Under the pieces are notes generated by a model, which had not been told where the DNA came from, searched no databases, and saw only the letters and a program-made list of their open reading frames with translations. Shown one piece after another: positions 16,544 through 24,741 of a DNA stretch of 64,000 nucleotides. A program made the position numbers and the translations under genes. Every line of letters begins with the position of its first letter. The stretch's first letter is position 1. The DNA comes from Parcubacteria group bacterium (GTDB lineage: Bacteria; Patescibacteriota; Minisyncoccia; Minisyncoccales; UBA10102). The stretch is taken from NCBI GenBank assembly GCA_016203945.1, contig JACQLT010000002.1, positions 157,189 through 221,188 of the forward strand, written 5' to 3'.

Positions 16544-18331
16544 TTACATGCGCTCTGGGGTCTTGATGCCCAAAAGATGAAGGGAGTTCTGAATACTCTG
16601 GGCTGTAGCCGCGGTGAGTAAGAGACGAAGGTTCTTTTGCTCTTCTGTTTCTGCTTTGAGCACCGGATGCGTATTGTAGAAAAAGTTGTACTTCTGGGCA
16701 AGATTAAGCGCGGAGTTCACGACGGCGTTGGGAGCTAACTTTTCTACGGCTTCTTGCACGATCTCAGGAAACTTTTGGATGTGTCGCAATATATCCATTT
16801 CTTCTTTTGAGAAATTTGTATAGGTAGTTTTTGATTTTGGACTTTGGATCTTGGATTTTCTTAAGATGCTCTTGCACCTGGCGTAGGTGTATTGCAGGTA
16901 CGGACCGCTGTCTCCGTCCAGGCTCAGAGATTTTTCAACGTCAAAAATGATATCCTTACCCAAATTCCCCTTCAAGAACGAATACTTGATGGCCCCAAGG
17001 GCTATGCTTTCTTCGGCGCCTTCCTTCTCTTGTTCTGGAATCTTGCTGCCCTGCGAGTTCACGAGCTGAGAAACCCTGTCTTTCACTCCCTCAATCAGCC
17101 CTTCTGCCGTCATGACGTTTCCCGTACGGCTCGACATCTTGCCTTCGGGCAAGCGAACCATCCCGTGAGCCACGTGCCGGGTCTTTTGAGCTAAGTCGGG
17201 AGAGGTCTGCTCCAACACCTTCAGCAGAACCCTAAAGTAATCTATGACCTCGCTTCCGGTGACGATAACGGAGAGATCATATTTGAAATCCTTGTATTTG
17301 ATGGGAGCCAGACCAAGCTCTTTTGCTTCATAGGTGGGGAGGCCTTGCGCTGACACGAATACCCGCGTGTGCAATCCGTATTTCTCTCCGGGGAATACGA
17401 CCGCTCCCTGGCTCTTCTTAAAGATTCCTTTCTTCAATCCCTTCTCTATGATGCCGAGGCCAACTTTTCCCACCTTGCTCTCAAAGTAGTAGGCCGAAAA
17501 CTTGGTCCCCAACCTCTGATATATGGTTTCAAAATATTCAAGGCTCCACTTCTTTCCTTTTTCATACATCTCTCGCACGGAAGCGTCTTGCGCAAAGATT
17601 TTTACGTTCAGGGCGTCGATTTCCTGCCTTGCTTCCTGGTCTTTGCCATATGCGATGCTTCCTGCTGCATACGACTGGCCCAAAAACTTCGCCCGTTCTT
17701 GCAGTGTTCTGTTCTCCATCTCTTGCAAAGAGATTCCCTGCTGCTGCATGCCCCATATGGCCTTTGCCACGTGCAGCCCTGCGTCTCCCTGGTAATTCAC
17801 GCGCCGCACCTCTGCCCCTTGGGCTTCAAAAAGACGAGAGAGCGACTCTCCCACGATGTTGCTGTAGAGGTGGCCGATATGAAATTCTTTGAAAGGATTG
17901 GGGTCGGTGAACTCCACCATCACCTTTTTCCCTTTCCAGCCAGAATTTTTTCCATATGCTTCTTTCTTTTTTAATACTTCCCTGAGCTCATTGAACAGAT
18001 ATTTTTTGCTCAAGAAGAAATTGATGAATCCGGGGCCGGCAACCTCAACCTTTTCAATTGAACTCTTTTTATCAATCTTGGAGTTCATGGCGGACACCAT
18101 AAACTCTGCAACTTCACGGGGACTGCGCGAGAGCTTCTGCCCGAGCGCGAAAGCGATATTTGTGGAGTAGTCTCCGTGCTCTGCCAGCTGCGGCCGCTCA
18201 AAAACAACCGCTTCAACGCTTTGTCTAAGATTTTTTACCGCTTCCAGCACCAGCCTTTCCAGATCTCTTGTGATCATGTTTATTTCAATATTATCCCATT
18301 TACCCATATAATGAAACTGTATATGAACCAT
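16544..18331 (-). CDS. argS: Arginyl-tRNA synthetase
   Basis: Contains NPFKEFHIGHLYSNIVGESLSR (HIGH) and a C-terminal DALR-type anticodon-binding region. The likely true start is M19 (ATG at 18277, MITRDLERLV). Confidence 0.95.
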   Translation of the reverse strand: MVHIQFHYMGKWDNIEINMITRDLERLVLEAVKNLRQSVEAVVFERPQLAEHGDYSTNIAFALGQKLSRSPREVAEFMVSAMNSKIDKKSSIEKVEVAGPGFINFFLSKKYLFNELREVLKKKEAYGKNSGWKGKKVMVEFTDPNPFKEFHIGHLYSNIVGESLSRLFEAQGAEVRRVNYQGDAGLHVAKAIWGMQQQGISLQEMENRTLQERAKFLGQSYAAGSIAYGKDQEARQEIDALNVKIFAQDASVREMYEKGKKWSLEYFETIYQRLGTKFSAYYFESKVGKVGLGIIEKGLKKGIFKKSQGAVVFPGEKYGLHTRVFVSAQGLPTYEAKELGLAPIKYKDFKYDLSVIVTGSEVIDYFRVLLKVLEQTSPDLAQKTRHVAHGMVRLPEGKMSSRTGNVMTAEGLIEGVKDRVSQLVNSQGSKIPEQEKEGAEESIALGAIKYSFLKGNLGKDIIFDVEKSLSLDGDSGPYLQYTYARCKSILRKSKIQSPKSKTTYTNFSKEEMDILRHIQKFPEIVQEAVEKLAPNAVVNSALNLAQKYNFFYNTHPVLKAETEEQKNLRLLLTAATAQSIQNSLHLLGIKTPERM

Positions 18332-18380
18332 CCCTCACTGCATTCGGGAGAACCATATAGTTCTCGCTAACGCTCAAACT

Positions 18381-18824
18381 ATGAGCATACTGGCAGAAAA
18401 CAAGAGAGCCGCACACGACTACGACATGAAAGAACGCTTCCACGCGGGCATTGTCTTGAACGGGCAAGAGGTAAAATCAATCAAGCTGGGGCGGGCGCAG
18501 CTGGCCGGTTCCTTTGTCTTATACCAAAGAGGAGAGCTTTTTTGGGTGGGAGCTGCCATACCCCCCTACCAGCCGGCTAACGCTCCCGCCGGATTCAAGG
18601 AAGAACGGCCGCGCAAGCTGTTGCTGCAAAAACAAGAGATTTCCCGCCTGATCGGGAGCAGCCAGAACCAAGGGTTGACTTTTCTCCCAATTCGCCTGTA
18701 TACTGTGAAAGGCAAGATCAAGATGGAATTTGCCCTCGCCAAGAAACGCAAGAAGGGCGATAAGCGACAGATCATCAAAAAACGGGAAGCAGAACGGGAA
18801 ATGCGAAGAAATCTTTCTTCTTGA
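18381..18824 (+). CDS. smpB: SsrA-binding protein SmpB
   Basis: 147 aa. Contains NKRAAHDYDMKERFHAGIVLNGQEVKSI and a basic C-terminal tail. Confidence 0.95.
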   Translation: MSILAENKRAAHDYDMKERFHAGIVLNGQEVKSIKLGRAQLAGSFVLYQRGELFWVGAAIPPYQPANAPAGFKEERPRKLLLQKQEISRLIGSSQNQGLTFLPIRLYTVKGKIKMEFALAKKRKKGDKRQIIKKREAEREMRRNLSS

Positions 18825-18831
18825 GCCATAT

Positions 18832-19190
18832 GGGGGTGCGTGCTTTGACAGAGGAGAAAGGAACCGCTTGCAAGCCGAGCTTCCGGGATAAGCTCGTAAA
18901 TTCATTCCCGGGGCATACAACTGCCAACGTATTTCAGCCCCAACGGGCGTACGCTTTCGCGTAATTTCGAAGGCCATCTGTCTCTTGATTCTCAATAGAG
19001 AAAACAGGTGTCAACCATTGAGATAGGCTAGACGCTCACGGATTCCAGGGCAGATAGCCGAAACCTTCAAGGAATCCTCAAAAGAAGGGTTTTGCCCAAT
19101 TTCCACCTTCTTCATAGTCGCCAATTGGGATACGCTTGAAGACGGCTGTTCCAAACTTTTCTGGACGGGAGCTCATCCTCCCCACCTCCA
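18832..19190 (+). ncRNA. ssrA: tmRNA (SsrA), 359 nt, no encoded CCA
   Basis: It lies immediately downstream of smpB. The 5' GGGGGUG pairs with the 3' CACCUCC, giving a G3:U wobble (alanine identity) and discriminator A. A UUUGACA D-analog is present. The tag frame GCC AAC GUA ... GCU UUC GCG UAA (18923-18964) encodes ANVFQPQRAYAFA*. The T-arm GGGAG-CUCAUC-CUCCC has an atypical 6-nt loop. Confidence 0.8.
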
Positions 19191-19211
19191 CACTTCGACT
19201 CGTTTCAATAA

Positions 19212-19730
19212 TTGTTCAACTACTTGCAAAAGCGAATATTCATAAACAATCAAATACGGAGCCCTCAGGTCAGAGTCATTGACCAGAAGGGAAAACAGGT
19301 CGGGGTCGTCACCCTGCAAGAAGCCCTGGGGCTTGCAAGGGCCAGCGGATTAGACCTTATCCAGGTAACCGAGCGCGTGGATCCCCCGGTATGCAGGATT
19401 GGGGAATACGGAAAATATCTCTACCAGCTGGAAAAGAAGGCGCGGGAAGGAAGGAAGCACGAGGGCGGAGACATGAAAGAGGTACGGCTTACCTTCAACA
19501 TCTCGAAGAATGACCTGGAGACGCGCGTGAGGCAGGCGGAGAAATTCCTTGCCAAGGGAGACCGGGTGAGGGTCGTACTCCCCCTACGAGGAAGGCAAAA
19601 GGCCCTGGAGGGTTTTGCGAGAGAGAAGATGGGACTCTTCCTTGCCAGCGTCAAAGAGCATTCCCAGGCAAAGGTAGAGCGGGAAGTCAAGCGGGAACCC
19701 CGCGGGCTCTCAATGATTATTGGGAAATAA
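19212..19730 (+). CDS. infC: Translation initiation factor IF-3
   Basis: Contains INNQIRSPQVRVIDQKGKQVGVVTLQEALGLARASGLDLIQV. There is no in-frame ATG near the N-terminus. The start is probably non-AUG (TTG 19212/19224 or ATA 19236), as is usual for infC. Confidence 0.9.
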   Translation: MFNYLQKRIFINNQIRSPQVRVIDQKGKQVGVVTLQEALGLARASGLDLIQVTERVDPPVCRIGEYGKYLYQLEKKAREGRKHEGGDMKEVRLTFNISKNDLETRVRQAEKFLAKGDRVRVVLPLRGRQKALEGFAREKMGLFLASVKEHSQAKVEREVKREPRGLSMIIGK

Positions 19731-19736
19731 AATAAT

Positions 19737-19928
19737 ATGCCGGGAAAAACAAGAAAGTCCATAACAAAACGGTTCAAGATTACCAAGAACGGAAAAATGC
19801 TCCGGCGTCTTGTGGGTCAAGACCATTACCGCCAGAAAAAAACCGGCAAGCGGAGACGCCATGGACGCAGATGGATTCCGCTTTCTGTATCTGAAACAAA
19901 GAAATTTAAAAAATTGTTTTCGTATTAA
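19737..19928 (+). CDS. rpmI: Ribosomal protein L35
   Basis: 63 aa. Reads MPGKTRKSITKRFKITKNGKMLRR and sits in the infC-rpmI-rplT order. Confidence 0.95.
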   Translation: MPGKTRKSITKRFKITKNGKMLRRLVGQDHYRQKKTGKRRRHGRRWIPLSVSETKKFKKLFSY

Positions 19929-19933
19929 CATAT

Positions 19934-20278
19934 ATGGCGCGCGTCAAACGAGGAACAGCGGCAAAGAAACGCAGAAAGCGCTTCCTGCAGCACACCAAGG
20001 GCTTCAAGTGGGGCAGAAAATCAAAATACCGTCTTGCGAAAGACGCGCTTCGTCACGCCTGGACATATGCCTATAGGGATAGGAAGGCAAACAAGCGCAC
20101 CATGCGAGCCCTATGGCAAATTCAGGTGAATGCGGCTACCCGCGCAGAGGGCGTCACCTACAGCAAATTCATGGGACAGCTGAAAAAGAAAAATGTCGCC
20201 CTGGACCGCAAGGTTTTGGCCCAGCTCGCAGAACAGAAGCCGGAGGCTTTTGCCGCCATCGTCAACTTAATTAAGTAG
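19934..20278 (+). CDS. rplT: Ribosomal protein L20
   Basis: 114 aa. Reads MARVKRGTAAKKRRKRFLQHTKGFKWGRKSKYRLAKDAL. Confidence 0.95.
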   Translation: MARVKRGTAAKKRRKRFLQHTKGFKWGRKSKYRLAKDALRHAWTYAYRDRKANKRTMRALWQIQVNAATRAEGVTYSKFMGQLKKKNVALDRKVLAQLAEQKPEAFAAIVNLIK

Positions 20279-20291
20279 GTGGAACTAAGCT

Positions 20292-20573
20292 CTAGTAAAG
20301 AACGCCCTCTCTTTTTAGAAGGAGTTTTTTCTTTTCTGCGCCTCCTCGATACCCTCCAGAAGTTCCATCAGAGCGCACGACGCGGTGACATGGAACCTTA
20401 GGATCCGTATTCCTATTGAGCGCGTTACCAACGGCGCGCGATGCCATGGGCCGGCCGCTTCTCCGCGCCACCTCTTGGTACGTGAGTACCTGCCCCCTGG
20501 GAATGGTTTTGACGACTTCGTAGACCTTCTTTTGAAAGGAAGTGATGGGCCTTTGTAATGATATGTTTTGCAT
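20292..20573 (-). CDS. Methylated-DNA--protein-cysteine methyltransferase, DNA-binding/active-site domain only
   Basis: Contains FQKKVYEVVKTIPRGQVLTYQEVA, RAVGNALNRN and the active-site motif VPCHRVV. I took the start at the internal ATG 20573. The track ORF begins at 20606. Confidence 0.8.
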   Translation of the reverse strand: MQNISLQRPITSFQKKVYEVVKTIPRGQVLTYQEVARRSGRPMASRAVGNALNRNTDPKVPCHRVVRSDGTSGGYRGGAEKKKLLLKREGVLY

Positions 20574-20961
20574 TCTGAAACTTAAGATACGACATAGCTT
20601 CAGCATAGGGAAGCCAGACGCACCCCGAATGCTCGAAAGAAATACGCACCTCTTGCTGACTCGTCTGCGCGAGATAGAATACGACGGTCTTGAATATGTT
20701 CTTCCCCTGCACTCGGAACGAATAGGTGATGAGCTCTCTGAATCCGGGGAGCAGCTTGATGCCGCGCAGACCAGTCTCTTCCTGCACTTCCCGATGCACG
20801 GTGTCTTTTTCTTTTTCTCCTGGTTCCACGTGCCCTTTCGGCAGATCCCAATACGATCTGCTGCTTTTCTTGCTCATGGAGGGATAGTGGAGCAATAAAT
20901 ACTTTGGCTGTCCCTGCTCAAGCCGGAATACGACCGCTCCCGCTGATTGTTCCTTTTGCAT
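20425..20961 (-). CDS. NUDIX hydrolase (Ap4A-hydrolase-like) with an out-of-frame 3' tail overlapping the next gene
   Basis: Contains the Nudix box GHVEPGEKEKDTVHREVQEETGL. The fold appears to end near KAHHFL. The last ~40 codons are Arg/Gly-rich and overlap the Ogt-like gene in another frame. Confidence 0.75.
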   Translation of the reverse strand: MQKEQSAGAVVFRLEQGQPKYLLLHYPSMSKKSSRSYWDLPKGHVEPGEKEKDTVHREVQEETGLRGIKLLPGFRELITYSFRVQGKNIFKTVVFYLAQTSQQEVRISFEHSGCVWLPYAEAMSYLKFQNAKHIITKAHHFLSKEGLRSRQNHSQGAGTHVPRGGAEKRPAHGIARRW

Positions 20962-20964
20962 CTT

Positions 20965-22686
20965 TCAATTCTTCAACTTTTTTAGGAACTTTGCAAGGGG
21001 CAGGGTATTCGCAACATCGCTTGCCTTAGCCCATCCCCTGCGCGCCTGGGCTATGCCATATCTCAACACGGAAAAATGCTCTTTCCGATGCGCGTCAGAG
21101 TCAATGACAAGAGCGGTTCCTGCCTCAACCGCCTTGCGAATATCAGAATCTTTGAGATCCAAGCGCTCTGGATACGCGTTAACCTCCAGCAGGGTTCTTG
21201 TTCTCTTTGCCGCTTTAATGACTGCATCCATGTCCACCTCGTAAGGTTCGCGCTTCTGAATTATTCTGCCCGTTGGGTGAAAGAGGATGTCAACGTGTGG
21301 ATTCTCCATGGCTCGTATGATGCGCGCGGTCATCTCTTTTTTGGGAAGCTTAAATAAAGAATGTACTGATGCTCCGACAACATCCAGCTTTGCAAGCGCC
21401 GTGTCTGCGATATCCAATGTTCCGTCTTTGCGGATATTCACCTCAGCCCCCTTGAGCACGGTGATACCAGAAGCTCTTTTATTCACGCGGTCAATTTCTG
21501 CCATTTGTTTCAGTAGTTTCTTTTCATCGGAGCCGCCGGTCATGGCAAGATCTCTTGTGTGATCGGTAATCGCAATATATGAAAGGCCCTGGCGTTTCGC
21601 TTCCTTTGCCATCTCTTCAATGGAATGCTCTCCGTCGGTCCAGTTGGTCTGTACCTGAAGATCCCCTTGAAGGGAATCGTACGAAATAATTTTGGGGGAT
21701 TTGCCTTTCAGGACCTCCTCAATCTCTCCGGTATCTTCCCTTAGTTCGGGTTCAATATATGAAAGCCCGAGCGCCCCGTAGACATCTTCTTCGGTTCTAC
21801 ACGCGACTCGTTTCCCACTCCTGAAGGAAAATACGCCATATTCCGAAACCTTGAATCCCTTTTTGATCGCAAGCGTACGCAGTTTTACGTTGTGTTCCTT
21901 GGAACCCGTAAAATATTGCAGACCCGCTCCGAACGTTTCTTCAGGAAGCACCCTGAGATCGATATCGAACCCATATTCGGTGCGTACGGAAACCTTTGTG
22001 GGGCCCTTGCCCCATATCTTTTTATATTTGACTTCTGCGAGAAAAAAATCGATGAGTTTCTGGGGTTTTTTTGAGGTAGCCAAGATATCTATGTCTCCAA
22101 CGGTCTCGCGCATTCTTCTAAAAGAGCCTGCAGGAACCACCTCTTTGGCAAATGAGCTGTTTTGCAAAAGTTGTGTATACTCTTGCACATACGGAAATAT
22201 ATTGCCGAGCAGCCATCTGCCAGAAGAGCGCCTCACGAGCGCGATGCCCTGGAGAATGTTTTGTTCGGTTTTTGCCCCGAATCGAGGAAGCTTGCGTATC
22301 TTGCCCGCAAGAGCAGCTTTTTCGAGGTCTTTTAAATTTTTTATTTTCAGGCGCTTATAAAGCTCCGCAACTGCCTTTGGGCCAACACCCTCTACGGAAG
22401 TAAGCTCGTCTAAATCTACGGGCATGCGCTTTTGCTCTTTTTCATAATTCCGTACCTTCCCGGTCCTAAGATATTCTTCAATGTGTCCCGCTATTCCCTT
22501 GCCGACCCCAGGAATCTTTTCCAAGCCAGCTGTGCCTTGGCGCTTATAGATATCCTGCACGTCCTCTGCTAAAGATTCCAAGGCAAAGGCTGCGCGCTCA
22601 TACGCCTGCGGCTTGAACGGAACATCGCGCATCGCAAGATACAGAGCCAAATGAGAAAACATCTTGGCGAGTTCCCTGTTTCTCAT
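20965..22686 (-). CDS. polX: Family X DNA polymerase with C-terminal PHP domain (PolX)
   Basis: 573 aa. It has N-terminal HhH motifs (IPGVGKGIAGHIEEY; VEGVGPKAV), a Pol-beta nucleotidyltransferase motif (GSFRRMRETVGDIDIL) and PHP motifs (ITDHT...HS...FHPTG...DSDAH). Confidence 0.9.
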   Translation of the reverse strand: MRNRELAKMFSHLALYLAMRDVPFKPQAYERAAFALESLAEDVQDIYKRQGTAGLEKIPGVGKGIAGHIEEYLRTGKVRNYEKEQKRMPVDLDELTSVEGVGPKAVAELYKRLKIKNLKDLEKAALAGKIRKLPRFGAKTEQNILQGIALVRRSSGRWLLGNIFPYVQEYTQLLQNSSFAKEVVPAGSFRRMRETVGDIDILATSKKPQKLIDFFLAEVKYKKIWGKGPTKVSVRTEYGFDIDLRVLPEETFGAGLQYFTGSKEHNVKLRTLAIKKGFKVSEYGVFSFRSGKRVACRTEEDVYGALGLSYIEPELREDTGEIEEVLKGKSPKIISYDSLQGDLQVQTNWTDGEHSIEEMAKEAKRQGLSYIAITDHTRDLAMTGGSDEKKLLKQMAEIDRVNKRASGITVLKGAEVNIRKDGTLDIADTALAKLDVVGASVHSLFKLPKKEMTARIIRAMENPHVDILFHPTGRIIQKREPYEVDMDAVIKAAKRTRTLLEVNAYPERLDLKDSDIRKAVEAGTALVIDSDAHRKEHFSVLRYGIAQARRGWAKASDVANTLPLAKFLKKLKN

Positions 22687-22733
22687 GCATATATCGTATC
22701 ACAAAAAAGGGAGCCGCTTCCCCTCCGCCATGG

Positions 22734-23312
22734 TTAGGCTAAAGAAAGCGGCTCCTGAACGGCCTCCTCTCTCAACACGGGAGGCAGCTCTTCTACGGTA
22801 TTGACATACCGCAGGATATCCCTGAACTTCGCTGAGTACTCGGGGGGCAGACTGCCGCCCCGCACGAGCTCTCGCACCACAACGAGCCTCCTGAGATGAC
22901 CGCGATGGAACTCTTCGTCCCACTTCACGTATCCAAGCTCGGTGAAGGTGCCCGCGCTTAGCCCCACGCAGACGCAGACGTCTACCTCGGAGACGACCGC
23001 GTAGTTCGTGTGGAACCAATCTGGTCGTTCCTGCACATCATCTGCCGTATTTCTGTAGGGCTGCACCTGCTCATTGGGCCAGGGATCTTGATCCGAAGGA
23101 AAGAGGACTACGTGACGCCTACCGCCGGCTGCCTTGTATGCCTCTGCCACGGCGGCAAGCATGCCGCCGTCTGGGTTTACCCAGAGTTCGTGGCCTGCCT
23201 TCGCGATTTCCTCTCCGACTCGAGCTGCCTTGCTGATCACGTCCTCTTTCTTCATGCCAAGGAACATGCTCAGCATCGTGAGGTCCGTCGGCCCGATGAT
23301 ACCTACTCTCAT
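22734..23312 (-). CDS. SLOG/LOG-like (TIGR00725-type) Rossmann-fold protein
   Basis: It begins MRVGIIGP and contains NPDGGMLAAVAEAYKAAGG and VGLSAGTFTELGYV. These resemble the LOG-family GGGxGxM and PGGxGTxxE motifs. The assignment is by motif resemblance only. Confidence 0.45.
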   Translation of the reverse strand: MRVGIIGPTDLTMLSMFLGMKKEDVISKAARVGEEIAKAGHELWVNPDGGMLAAVAEAYKAAGGRRHVVLFPSDQDPWPNEQVQPYRNTADDVQERPDWFHTNYAVVSEVDVCVCVGLSAGTFTELGYVKWDEEFHRGHLRRLVVVRELVRGGSLPPEYSAKFRDILRYVNTVEELPPVLREEAVQEPLSLA

Positions 23313-23388
23313 TTTTTCACCTCCTTTCTATGTGGTGTTGAGAGCAAACTCAGCGGAATCTGTATTGTAAAAGAACCATGATGATTCG

Positions 23389-24030
23389 CTATTTCTTCTT
23401 TCTTGATTTCGATTGACTCAACTCCGCTTTCGAGATTTTCTCGAGGAGCTCTATGAGATTCGGATCGTACACAACCTCATCTGCATGCTCCCACCAGGGG
23501 AGCGTAGGGAAGTTCTTATCCCTTTCCCAGCACTCAAAAGCTTCTAATAAATTCTCCATCCTGTCAAGTTGAAACACGAACTTCGCTTCCGGGCTTTCTA
23601 CTTTCTGATATTCAAGCCAGACCGCCATTATATCTTTCCTGACATCCTGCGGAAGCTCGCCTGTCAGTTTTTGGAGGGCGCGTTTCTCCTTTTGAAATTT
23701 TTCTTTGTATCGCTTCTTTTTTTCTGCGAGAGAAAGACGACGCCACCGCCACGCAAGCTTAAAACGGTTCTTCCCGTTTTTGGGGAGAAGACCATCGTAG
23801 GGCGTAATATCTCCGGTGTAGACCTTGCACAGATCGTGTACCAGGGCCAGCTTGAATGCTTTGGCGATGTTGAGCTTCCGCCTCTTCCCGAATATCCATA
23901 TCATGAGAGCCAGGCGGAACACATGATCGGTTGCGCTGTCGGCTTCCTTGAACCCGTAGTACAGAACTCCTTGGCGCTGTATGTGTTTGAGCTCTCCTGC
24001 CTTCTGGAGAAATTGAAGGTCGTGCTTCAT
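23389..24030 (-). CDS. HD-domain phosphohydrolase (YfbR-like 5'-nucleotidase family)
   Basis: Contains SATDHVFRLALM ... LALVHDLCKVYTGDITPYD (the H...HD...D metal motif). Confidence 0.75.
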   Translation of the reverse strand: MKHDLQFLQKAGELKHIQRQGVLYYGFKEADSATDHVFRLALMIWIFGKRRKLNIAKAFKLALVHDLCKVYTGDITPYDGLLPKNGKNRFKLAWRWRRLSLAEKKKRYKEKFQKEKRALQKLTGELPQDVRKDIMAVWLEYQKVESPEAKFVFQLDRMENLLEAFECWERDKNFPTLPWWEHADEVVYDPNLIELLEKISKAELSQSKSRKKK

Positions 24031-24039
24031 TACGCTGTA

Positions 24040-24516
24040 TTATGAACGATACCGAATTTTCTGAATGGTAAAGGTGGTTTCCGTGGGAGAGGAAACCAAA
24101 ACCCTCTCTCCGACCATGTGACCGAGCAGGGCTTTCCCCACGGGAGATTCGTTAGAAATTCTCCCGAGAGAGGGGTTTGCTTCCAGAGTTCCGACTATCT
24201 CAAACTCATCGATATCCTTTTCGTCCACCAAAATGGTGACCTTGGCGCCCAAAGATACCAGTTTGCACCCCGCGGCTCGTGGCGGAACAATGAGTTTTGC
24301 GTTCCTGAGAATGGCTTCGTGTTCACTCAGGCGCACTTCGAGAAGCGAAAGGTCTTCCTGGAATGCGAGGTACTCTGGATTGATTTCTTCTGAATGCAGT
24401 ACACTCGGCACCTCGCCCCTGGTCTTTGCCTTCTTGAATTCTACGAGAAGCTTGTACTCTTTCTTTATGCGCTCCAGCCCTTCTTTTGTGAGATAGTATG
24501 TTGTTTCTGTGGTCAT
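24040..24516 (-). CDS. greA: Transcription elongation factor GreA
   Basis: From the internal ATG at 24516 it reads MTTETTYYLTKEGLERIKKEYKLLVE... (coiled coil). The C-terminal domain reads ISNESPVGKALLGHMVGERVLV. The track's N-terminal extension looks spurious. Confidence 0.9.
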   Translation of the reverse strand: MTTETTYYLTKEGLERIKKEYKLLVEFKKAKTRGEVPSVLHSEEINPEYLAFQEDLSLLEVRLSEHEAILRNAKLIVPPRAAGCKLVSLGAKVTILVDEKDIDEFEIVGTLEANPSLGRISNESPVGKALLGHMVGERVLVSSPTETTFTIQKIRYRS

Positions 24517-24741
24517 GGTGTTAAAAAATCTGGCGTGGGGACCAGATGTATTGATACTCGATGGATTCTTGAGAGAACTATTATTGAGAGTCAATAAATC
24601 TGGCTGTATGTGTAAACAAGACAACTTTCGTGGAAATGGGGAACATGATAAATAATTTGCAGTTCATATGCTTGGGAAATCAACGTAGCAAGAGCAAGAG
24701 ATGCTGTCAAGGGGCATGATTACCTACCATAAACCCCACAC

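Noticed and set aside
17369-17974. 201-aa plus-strand ORF inside argS. Similar long antisense ORFs occur at 12630-13355, 31543-32232, 36791-37399, 37610-38275, 55512-56210 and 34265-34660.
   Set aside because: Each is antisense to a confidently identified conserved gene and has atypical composition. They are most likely frame shadows.
24517-24741. 225-nt gap between the EndoQ-like and greA genes, inspected for an ncRNA or riboswitch
   Set aside because: I could not find a convincing long-range helix or a known motif. It probably holds the greA promoter and leader.
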